A stretch of DNA of 32,554 nucleotides, taken from the NCBI GenBank assembly GCA_964432975.1, contig CAYSPS010000002.1, forward strand, positions 9,142 to 41,695. Reading direction: 5' to 3'. Position 1 is the first letter of the stretch. Each line of letters begins with the position of its first letter. Shown piece after piece: positions 9,073-15,780 of this stretch. The position numbers and the translations under genes were made by a program. Source of the stretch: an uncultured Pseudomonadota bacterium. GTDB taxonomy: Bacteria > Babelota > Babeliae > Babelales > UBA12409. The notes beneath the pieces are model-generated. The model searched no databases. It was not told where the DNA came from and saw only the letters and a program-made list of their open reading frames with translations.

Positions 9073-9758
9073 GTGCGCTTGCACGCCACACAAAAGACAT
9101 TTTGAGCCCAGCGCGTTGTGCTTTTTGTCAGCGCGCGTTGCCGGCACGCACGTATTGGTGCAACGACTGCGTCAACAAACTCCCCCCACTTGCAAGTCAA
9201 AAGCTGCGATTAACACCACGTATAAATATAGACGTATATGCAGCAACAGAATATAACGTGTATACCAAAAAACTTATTATGCGCAAACATGCAGGCAACA
9301 TTGATGGGTGCTATGCGCTTGCGCAACTTATACATGAACGCGCACCCTGGCAAATACTTAGCTGCGATGCATTGGTACCAATACCCCTGCATTGGTGGCG
9401 GCAAGCTTATCGCGGTTTTAATCAAGCACATGAAATTGCCACTTTACTCACACAACATCACCCATGTACGGTACAAAATCTCGTGCGCCGCACACGCGCC
9501 ACGGCATATCAGGCATCACTCACGATCGAGCAACGTGCGCATAATGTACATAATGCCTTTGCGCTCAGCACGCGGGCGTATAAACAAGATTACACAAATA
9601 AACATCTGGTATTAGTTGATGACCTTATGACGACAGGAAATACGCTCATACAAGCAGGCCGTGCACTTTTGGCACTCAAACCAGCATCAATCAGCGCGCT
9701 TGTGGCATGTCGCGCAATTGAACGCATTGCACATACAACGCTCATTTTGCACGAATGA
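9057..9758 (+). CDS. comF: ComF family protein (zinc-finger plus phosphoribosyltransferase domain)
   Basis: The N-terminus has paired Cys motifs (CAFCQ...WCNDC). The C-terminus has the PRT motif LVLVDDLMTTGNT. It overlaps the pgpA 3' end by 16 nt. Confidence 0.8.
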   Translation: MVWLLSALARHTKDILSPARCAFCQRALPARTYWCNDCVNKLPPLASQKLRLTPRINIDVYAATEYNVYTKKLIMRKHAGNIDGCYALAQLIHERAPWQILSCDALVPIPLHWWRQAYRGFNQAHEIATLLTQHHPCTVQNLVRRTRATAYQASLTIEQRAHNVHNAFALSTRAYKQDYTNKHLVLVDDLMTTGNTLIQAGRALLALKPASISALVACRAIERIAHTTLILHE

Positions 9759-9805
9759 AAGCAGATTATTGCAAAATTTCAACTTTTCATATAACAGTCA
9801 AATGG

Positions 9806-9840
9806 TTGACAATTATGACAATCGACTGTCATAATTGTCA
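9806..9840 (+). promoter_or_regulatory. Promoter-like element overlapped by a perfect 14-bp inverted repeat (candidate operator of the ATPase gene)
   Basis: The repeat is TGACAATTATGACA-atcgac-TGTCATAATTGTCA (9807-9840). It overlaps TTGACA (9806-9811), an 18-nt spacer and CATAAT (9830-9835). The ATG at 9869 follows 34 nt later. Confidence 0.5.
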
Positions 9841-9868
9841 TGTTATATATAAAAAACGAAAAAAGACG

Positions 9869-11053
9869 ATGATGTTTAGGAGAAATTTAAAAAAAATTCT
9901 TCTTGCCCGTGCGAGCAAGATTCCTGTCGTCGCCATTGTTGGTCCCCGCCAATCGGGTAAAACTACGCTGGCAAAAGCAGTTTTTAAAAAGCATGTATAC
10001 GTATCACTCGAAACATTTGAAGATCGAGAATTGGCGGAAGCTGATCCGCGCAGATTTTTTGAAGCCCACACAAGCAAACATGGCATCATCATAGACGAGG
10101 TTCAGCGTGTACCAAAAATCCTTTCATACATACAACTTTTGGTCGATACCGCATACAAGCCAGGATACTTCATCCTCACCGGATCGCAAAACATTATGCT
10201 TAATCAGGCAATCTCGCAAACATTGGCTGGTCGAATTTCAATTCTCACGCTGTTGCCACTTTCGATAGCAGAAATGCGCACCAACAAACTTCTTTCTTCA
10301 AGTATCGAGAAGACGGCGTGCGCGGGTTTTTATCCACGCATTTTTGCTCAGAAACTTGATTATGTGAGCTGGTACCCTGATTACATTGAGGCATATGTTG
10401 AACGCGATGCGCGACTTATTTTAAACATTTCGCAACTAAGTACCTTTAGACGTTTTATCCGTTTATGTGCAGCACGTGTTGGCCAATTGCTCAACACTGC
10501 ATCACTTGCCAACGACTGTGGCGTTGATCAGCGAACAGCAAAATCATGGCTTTCGCTATTAGAAACAAGTTACCTTTTATTCCTGTTGCCAACACATCAC
10601 ACCAATTTTAATAAACGTCTCATAAAATCTCCAAAAATCTATTTTTATGACACCGGACTTGTCTGTTGCCTGCTGGACATAAAAACAACCGAACAACTAC
10701 ACGAACATTATTTACGCGGAAATATTATTGAAAATATGCTTATAGCAGACATCATAAAATACTTCTATAACCGCGGCGAACGTCCATCACACCTTGGTTT
10801 TTGGCGCGATCAAACTGGCAATGAGATCGACTGCATCATTCCCCAAGGGAACCGTCTCGTGCCCGTTGAAATCAGAGCAAGCAAAACGATTGTATCTGAT
10901 TATTTTAAGGGCCTCAATTTCTTTAACACACTTGCTCGTGGTGCTGGAGAGCCTGGCTTTATTATTTATGCTGGCCCACGAAACCAATCGCGCCAACAAG
11001 GAACGGTTCTCAGTTGGCGACACATTGATAATATATTTAAAAACCGCACATAA
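9869..11053 (+). CDS. AAA+ ATPase of the COG1373 type (AAA_14-like N-domain plus DUF4143-like C-domain)
   Basis: Walker A is VGPRQSGKTTLAK and Walker B is IIIDEVQRVP. Family motifs LTGSQ, SLAGR-like (TLAGRISIL) and KSPKIYFYDTG are present. The C-terminal EIDCII...VEIRASK fits a D...E-x-K/R nuclease-like pattern. ATG at 9869 (MMFRRNLKK) is preferred over the ATGA-overlap start at 9755, because the promoter/operator lies between them and the family N-terminus aligns at 9869. Confidence 0.85.
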   Translation: MMFRRNLKKILLARASKIPVVAIVGPRQSGKTTLAKAVFKKHVYVSLETFEDRELAEADPRRFFEAHTSKHGIIIDEVQRVPKILSYIQLLVDTAYKPGYFILTGSQNIMLNQAISQTLAGRISILTLLPLSIAEMRTNKLLSSSIEKTACAGFYPRIFAQKLDYVSWYPDYIEAYVERDARLILNISQLSTFRRFIRLCAARVGQLLNTASLANDCGVDQRTAKSWLSLLETSYLLFLLPTHHTNFNKRLIKSPKIYFYDTGLVCCLLDIKTTEQLHEHYLRGNIIENMLIADIIKYFYNRGERPSHLGFWRDQTGNEIDCIIPQGNRLVPVEIRASKTIVSDYFKGLNFFNTLARGAGEPGFIIYAGPRNQSRQQGTVLSWRHIDNIFKNRT

Positions 11054-11102
11054 TTTTTTAAATCTCTCCACGCCATGCACGAATATCTGCAAAAAGTTTA
11101 AT

Positions 11103-11120
11103 TTGGTAGTATACTACCAA
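11103..11120. repeat. 18-bp perfect palindrome TTGGTAGTATACTACCAA just upstream of tRNA-Arg
   Basis: The palindrome was verified base by base. It contains a TATACT -10-like hexamer (11110-11115) 13 nt before the mature tRNA 5' end. It could be a tRNA promoter/operator or the 3' end structure of the ATPase transcript. Confidence 0.4.
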
Positions 11121-11127
11121 TATCGCT

Positions 11128-11203
<76 letters not shown>

Positions 11204-11231
11204 AAAAACCGCCATTTCTTGTCAAATCTGT

Positions 11232-11262
11232 CACTTACTGTCATAAATTATGACAGTAAGTG
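11232..11262 (+). promoter_or_regulatory. 31-bp perfect palindrome, either the operator of the decayed ATPase paralogue or the terminator hairpin for tRNA-Arg
   Basis: The sequence is CACTTACTGTCATAA-a-TTATGACAGTAAGTG. It is embedded in TTGTCA (11219-24), a 17-nt spacer and CATAAA (11242-47). A T-rich tract follows (aattttctgactaattttttttt), so a terminator role for the tRNA is equally plausible. Confidence 0.45.
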
Positions 11263-11300
11263 TCGAATTTTCTGACTAATTTTTTTTGGAGAGTAAGACG

Positions 11301-12504
11301 ATGCTGTTCAAGCGACACGTGCGGCCATTCTTACAAAGCGCGCAGCCCGGTGGTATTGTTAAATGGTGCGCGGCAAGTTGGCAAAAGTGCGCTTTCGCTT
11401 TCGTTTCAAAAAGAAAATAAATACACGTACGTTACGTTTGATGATGAAATCGTATACTTGGCGCCAAAAGTGATCCAGTGATTTTGTAGCTAATCTCGCA
11501 AAACCGGTTATTATCGATGAAGTACAGCGCATTCCCGAGCTCTTTTTGGCAATTAAACGCGATGTTGACAAGCGCCGTGTGTCTGGTGATTATCTGCTTA
11601 CCGGATCGGCAAACCCGTTGTTAATTACGCGCTTGGCGACTCACTTGCCGGCCGTATGGAAATTATCAATCTTATGCCACTTTCACAAGGAGAAATAGCG
11701 GGAACCCAATATTTGTTTATCGATGCGATTTTTAGTGCGAAAAATTTTAAGAATCCACAGACTTTTTTAACCAAGCAGAGTTTATTTGAAAAAATGTACA
11801 CTGGGGGCTATCCTTCGGTGCAGCACATTGATGAAGAAGCATGCCAGGCCTGGCTACGTTCGTATGTAAATTTATTGTTGCAAAAAGACATCAAAGACTT
11901 GGCGCAGATCAAGAAACTTACACAACTGCCAAATTTACTCAAAATTTTGGCAGCGCGCGCATCTGGTCTACTCAACGTTGCCGAGCTGTCGCGCGAGAGC
12001 AAGCTTACGGCAAAAACCTCGCATCGCTATTTAGCGTTGCTGGAAACAATTTTTATCATTAATACACAGCCGGCATGGATTACAAACTTATTTTGCGATT
12101 TACCAAATCGCCAAAATCGTATTTTATCGATACCGGGGCTCCTTATGTATCTGCTTGGCATCAATGTACAACGCGCAGCTACTGAAAATATCTTGATGGG
12201 CAAGATATCTGAAAATTTCGTTGTAAGTGAACTTAAAAAACAAGCAACTTGGTACGCAACAACGGTACAACTATACCATTTTTTATAACGTCATCGTGAG
12301 AAAAAACGGATGTAGTTCTTTAAAATCAAGCTGGCGAAACTGTTGGTATTTAAGATAAAGATGAGCGAAAAAATTGAGCCTCACGATTTTAAGGGGCTAA
12401 GATTTCTGCAAGAAAAAGTTAAAGATAAGTTTGTTCATGGTGTTGTCTTGTACACCGGCCAACAAGCAGTCGTCTTTGGCAAAAATCTTTGGGCATTGCC
12501 GTGA
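11301..12504 (+). pseudogene. Decayed COG1373-type AAA+ ATPase paralogue (multiple frameshifts and stops)
   Basis: Family motifs are scattered over all three forward frames. ATG 11301 with RBS GGAGAG is in one frame and Walker A PVVLLNGARQVGKSAL is in another. KPVIIDEVQRIPELF...LLTGSANP is in a third frame, then ALGDSLAGRMEIINLMPLS shifts back. The KSPKSYFIDTG motif is out of frame inside ORF 11656-12288. There is a stop at 12286, and the C-terminal EPHDFKGLRFL...GVVLYTG...ALP segment is in yet another frame. That makes at least six lesions. Confidence 0.8.
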
Positions 12505-12523
12505 ATGAGGTGTGAGAATAAAC

Positions 12524-12566
12524 AAACCAATAAAGAGGGGCCAGAACGGCCCCTCTTTATTGGTTT
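12524..12566. terminator. Bidirectional intrinsic terminator (19-bp perfect stem)
   Basis: The structure is AAACCAATAAAGAGGGGCC-agaac-GGCCCCTCTTTATTGGTTT. A/T tracts on both flanks are part of the stem. It sits between convergent units (pseudogene on +, exported orphan on -). Confidence 0.8.
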
Positions 12567-12572
12567 CAACCG

Positions 12573-13493
12573 TTATTCATCATCTGGTGGCAGCGGGATA
12601 TCTTCTGGTGCAACTGGAGCAGGTGATTGCAAGAGTAATCCCATAACTGGCGTCACTTTTGGATCTGCCAAACATGCTGTAACTGCACCAGAGAGCGCCG
12701 TGCTATACATTATATTGAAAATTCCCAGTGCCATCTTGGATTGACCAGCTATAAAGCTATAAATTGAACCAGATGCTTTGGCGTCCGTAACATTCTTTCC
12801 AAGTGAGTTGGCCAAATCTGTAACCGTTTCCGCTGAGGACTTGGCGGCAAAGTATGCGTATGACTTGAATACGGCCGGTTGCAGCGCATATCTCAAGAAG
12901 CTGTTAAACATGGCTGCCGTTCTGTTTGTAGCCTTTTCTGCAGGAGGAAATAGTTTTTGTACCGTACATCTGGCAGCAACTGTTGCAAACACGACCGGAC
13001 CGGTAGCTTTTAAATTAGCCGGCATAACGTCCTTGCAAACTGTCGCCGTTGTTACAATATTTTCCAAACACAATCCAGACACTGTTTGGGGCAAAAGTTC
13101 CTTAAACAATTTCAAAGGATTGGTCAACACGCCGAGACCAACACTATCAAGCAAGTCTATAAATGGTTGTACAGCATCAGTGATAGTACTAAAGGTATCC
13201 TTCGAAAAATCGGCCATTTTTGTACACAACAATTTTACATCGCCATTTGCAACGGCAATCGCTTTTTCTGCACCTTGCTTACAGGCAACCCCTGCGACGA
13301 TTTGTACTATAAGTGGAATAAATGCATTATCTCGTAGTTTTTCTGGAAGTTTAACTTTAAACTTGTCCACCATCGCTTGCACTTTTGGGACAAACACTTT
13401 ATCGCACATACAACTAGCGAAGGTAGGCGGCTCCATTGCTTTAAACTGTGTTATTACCATAATCAAAGCTGATAAAATTAACAACTTCTTCAT
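12573..13493 (-). CDS. Exported Ala/Val/Lys-rich protein of unknown function (306 aa)
   Basis: ATG at 13493 is preceded by AGGGAG with a 6-nt spacer. The signal peptide is MKKLLILSALIMVITQFKA. The acidic/proline C-terminus is APEDIPLPPDDE. The gene ends right at the strong terminator. The 280-aa plus-strand ORF opposite is judged a shadow ORF. Confidence 0.7.
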   Translation of the reverse strand: MKKLLILSALIMVITQFKAMEPPTFASCMCDKVFVPKVQAMVDKFKVKLPEKLRDNAFIPLIVQIVAGVACKQGAEKAIAVANGDVKLLCTKMADFSKDTFSTITDAVQPFIDLLDSVGLGVLTNPLKLFKELLPQTVSGLCLENIVTTATVCKDVMPANLKATGPVVFATVAARCTVQKLFPPAEKATNRTAAMFNSFLRYALQPAVFKSYAYFAAKSSAETVTDLANSLGKNVTDAKASGSIYSFIAGQSKMALGIFNIMYSTALSGAVTACLADPKVTPVMGLLLQSPAPVAPEDIPLPPDDE

Positions 13494-13801
13494 AAACAAC
13501 TCCCTTTTTAAACCCTATTTAATCAAAAAACATCTTTTTTATTACCCCATCCCCCCAAAATCCTCCTTTCTAGGACATGTGATAAAAGTACTTTTAAAGA
13601 ACACCTTAAAGTACCTTTGATTCATACTTCTCACCTTTCTGACTTCAGACTAACCAAATATATAAATCAAAGTAAATAATTTAATTAAAAATTTTTGCAA
13701 TAATAATTCCAATTAAAAAATTAAAAATTCTTTGCTTTTTCAAATCAATATTCGTACCATGATGACAAAGATTGTCTCACATACCAATTAAGGATAAAAC
13801 T

Positions 13802-14211
13802 ATGGATCGTTTACAACTGCGCTATAAATTCGTCAAAAAGGCACTTGATCGGCTTGAAGAGGCGATTGAACGGTTAACCGCCATTGCCAACCCTTCAACG
13901 GAAGATTATCGCTTTGTTCGCGATTCGGCCATCAAACGTTTTGAATTGTGTGCAGATGTGCTTTGGAAATACGTTAAACTATATTTATTGGTCCGCAAGG
14001 GGTTGCTCAAACAACGCCCAAAGATGTGTTTCGCTCATGTTTAAATGCACAGACATTGACAGGCGCAGACGTTCAACGCGCGCTTGGGATGATCGATGCG
14101 CGCAATATAACGGTACACATATATAAAGAAGAAATTGCAGAACAAGTCGCACTACAATTGCCCCACTTTACCAAACTTATGCGCAAAATCATTATCGCAA
14201 TGCAGCCGTAG
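13802..14211 (+). pseudogene. HEPN-domain toxin (HI0074-type nucleotidyltransferase substrate-binding protein / HepT-like), interrupted by a -1 frameshift at a GGGG run
   Basis: The N-part from ATG 13802 (RBS AAGGAT) reads MDRLQLRYKFVKKALDRLEEAI...RDSAIKRFELCADVLWKYVKLYL. The C-part in the -1 frame reads GVAQTTPKDVFRSCLNAQTL...MIDARNITVHIYKEEIAEQV and holds the R-x4-H HEPN motif (RNITVH, about 14101-14118). The frames join at GGGG 13999-14002. Confidence 0.75.
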
Positions 14212-14214
14212 GGA

Positions 14215-14511
14215 ATGCACAAAATGTTAAACTCTGAATATCAAAATCAGTTGCTTACCATTATCAAAAAACACGTCCCAACGTGTACCGTTTATTTGTA
14301 TGGCTCACGAGCACGTGGTGACCATCAACCAAGTTCTGATATCGATCTGGCTATAGATGCCGGCGCTAAAATTCATTGGCATATTTTAAGCGACATTCGC
14401 AATGACATTGAAGAATCAACTATACCATTTTTTGTTGATGTTGTTGACGTACACGATAGTGATCAAGATTTTTCAAACGAAATCAAAAAAGATTGGATAA
14501 GATTAATATGA
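14215..14511 (+). CDS. Minimal nucleotidyltransferase (MNT / MntA-like antitoxin, HI0073-type)
   Basis: The 98-aa product has the pol-beta NTase signature GSRARGDHQPSSDIDLAID. It starts 3 nt after the HEPN stop. Confidence 0.85.
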   Translation: MHKMLNSEYQNQLLTIIKKHVPTCTVYLYGSRARGDHQPSSDIDLAIDAGAKIHWHILSDIRNDIEESTIPFFVDVVDVHDSDQDFSNEIKKDWIRLI

Positions 14512-14519
14512 CCAAAAAT

Positions 14520-14549
14520 GCTAAGAAATTATCGAAAAAATTTCTTAGC
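14520..14549 (-). terminator. Hairpin terminator between the convergent MNT and PLD genes
   Basis: The structure is GCTAAGAAATT-atcgaaaa-AATTTCTTAGC (11-bp stem). On the minus strand it is followed by ATTTTTGG. It abuts the PLD stop codon. Confidence 0.55.
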
Positions 14550-15359
14550 TCAGATAAACAAACAGCGCACGGTATTTTGTGTCCAATTAACAATTGAATG
14601 CCACCATTGCTCCCCCGCTTCCCAGAACGGCGCGTCACGTTCTTGCAAAAAATCTGCAATTGGTTGTGCAAGCACAAAATGCTCCTGCACCAAACTCCTT
14701 TGCACAGCACTACGCAATTGCTCACGGTTGATATACTGCTTGCTTGTAGCAAAATTATGCGCTACAGCTGGTAATTGATCAAATAACTGCTGAGAAAATA
14801 ATGGGTAAGAGCGCTGTTTGAGTGAATCAAACTCATCTTTAAATAAATGAATAAGTCGTTCATCTTCAAGGACTACAATGTTTTCACGATTATGCTTAAC
14901 GGCCTGATTCGTACAATTAAATGACCCCGTCCACAACAGAGATTTTCCAGCAACCGTTTCATCAAAAATATAAAATTTGTGATGCATAAGCCCATCAGAA
15001 ACTACACACACATGAATATGCGGAATCGTCCAAACTGCGCCATTTTTAGTACTTTCCGGAGAAACAATTACTTGCAAGGAAACTCCACGTTCAACCACCT
15101 GTTGCAACGCATAAATAATATGCTTATTGGTTAAAAAAAAGAGCGCACAGCGCACGCTTTTCTTTTCATGCGCAAGAAGCCCAACAAGAAGTTCCTTAAT
15201 CTCCCGCCCCTGACGCGGTGAAAAATATGCAACATGCACATAACCGGTTCCACCAAGTAAATCCAAGACTTGTGATTCAGAAAGATACCACGAGCGCTGA
15301 TAAGCATGTAAAAAACTAATACTAAGCAACAACCCAAAAAACCAACAGCGTTTATTCAT
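14550..15359 (-). CDS. Exported phospholipase D-family protein with a single HKD motif (Nuc-like nuclease/phospholipase) and a C-terminal extension
   Basis: The HKD motif is HHKFYIFD, followed by GSFNCT. ATG at 15359 is preceded by AAGAGG. The signal peptide is MNKRCWFFGLLLSISFLHA. About 100 aa beyond the PLD core are unassigned. Confidence 0.85.
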   Translation of the reverse strand: MNKRCWFFGLLLSISFLHAYQRSWYLSESQVLDLLGGTGYVHVAYFSPRQGREIKELLVGLLAHEKKSVRCALFFLTNKHIIYALQQVVERGVSLQVIVSPESTKNGAVWTIPHIHVCVVSDGLMHHKFYIFDETVAGKSLLWTGSFNCTNQAVKHNRENIVVLEDERLIHLFKDEFDSLKQRSYPLFSQQLFDQLPAVAHNFATSKQYINREQLRSAVQRSLVQEHFVLAQPIADFLQERDAPFWEAGEQWWHSIVNWTQNTVRCLFI

Positions 15360-15476
15360 TGTGGCCTCTTTCTTGCAATCATACACTTTAAGTATAAGCA
15401 AATTTGGGGCATTACCACAGCTTGATATGGGTTTGACACGCCCACCATTTTACTGAATGCTAAAAGAGTAATACAT

Positions 15477-15552
15477 GCGGGAATAGCTCAGCTGGTAGAG
15501 CATTGCCTTCCCAAGGCAAGGGTCGCGGGTTCGAATCCCGTTTCCCGCTCCA
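15477..15552 (+). tRNA. tRNA-Gly (anticodon CCC), CCA encoded
   Basis: Hand-folded structure: acceptor GCGGGAA/TTCCCGC, D stem GCTC/GAGC, anticodon arm TTGCC-TTCCCAA-GGCAA, T arm GCGGG-TTCGAAT-CCCGT. A TTGACA lies 44 nt upstream. Confidence 0.9.
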
Positions 15553-15621
15553 GAGCTATAGTTTTATCGAGTTTTTACATTGACAACGTCCGGCTGTTTG
15601 TTATTATTGAAATGTCCATAT

Positions 15622-15697
15622 GCGGGAATAGCTCAGTTGGTAGAGCGTTGCCTTGCCAAGGCAAAGGTCGCGGGTTCGAATCCCGTTTCCCGCTCCA
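15622..15697 (+). tRNA. tRNA-Gly (anticodon GCC), CCA encoded
   Basis: The fold matches the previous tRNA, with anticodon loop TTGCCAA. It differs from the CCC copy at 4 positions. Upstream are TTGACA (15580-85), a 16-nt spacer and TATTAT (15602-07). Confidence 0.9.
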
Positions 15698-15780
15698 CTT
15701 TAAGACCTCACTTTTATCTGCTAAAATTATTACAATCAGGATTGGATAGTTACAAAAAAACCATAAGCGAGGGGTTTTGC

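Noticed and set aside
9755-9868. A longer start for the AAA+ ATPase uses the ATGA overlap with the comF stop.
   Set aside because: The extra 38 residues (MKADYCKISTFHITVKWLTIMTIDCHNCHV...) are encoded by the palindrome/promoter region itself. The family N-terminus aligns from MMFRRNLKK at 9869.
12778-13620. A 280-aa plus-strand ORF lies antisense to the exported 306-aa gene.
   Set aside because: It starts with TTG and has no RBS. It has no ATG until codon 45. It runs through the other gene's promoter region. Its S/T/A/F-rich composition is typical of an antisense shadow. The minus-strand gene has an RBS, a signal peptide and a terminator.
13542-13625. A 27-codon upstream ORF (MNQRYFKVFFKSTFITCPRKEDFGGMG) with a GGTGAG RBS lies on the minus strand ahead of the exported 306-aa gene.
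   Set aside because: It overlaps the AAAAGTACTTTT motifs, and its sequence looks like translated regulatory DNA. No conservation evidence is available. It is mentioned only as a possible leader peptide.
11204-15476. The islet was considered as an integrated mobile element or prophage remnant at tRNA-Arg.
   Set aside because: I saw no integrase, transposase, phage structural gene or direct repeat of the tRNA 3' end. It is described as an accessory islet only.
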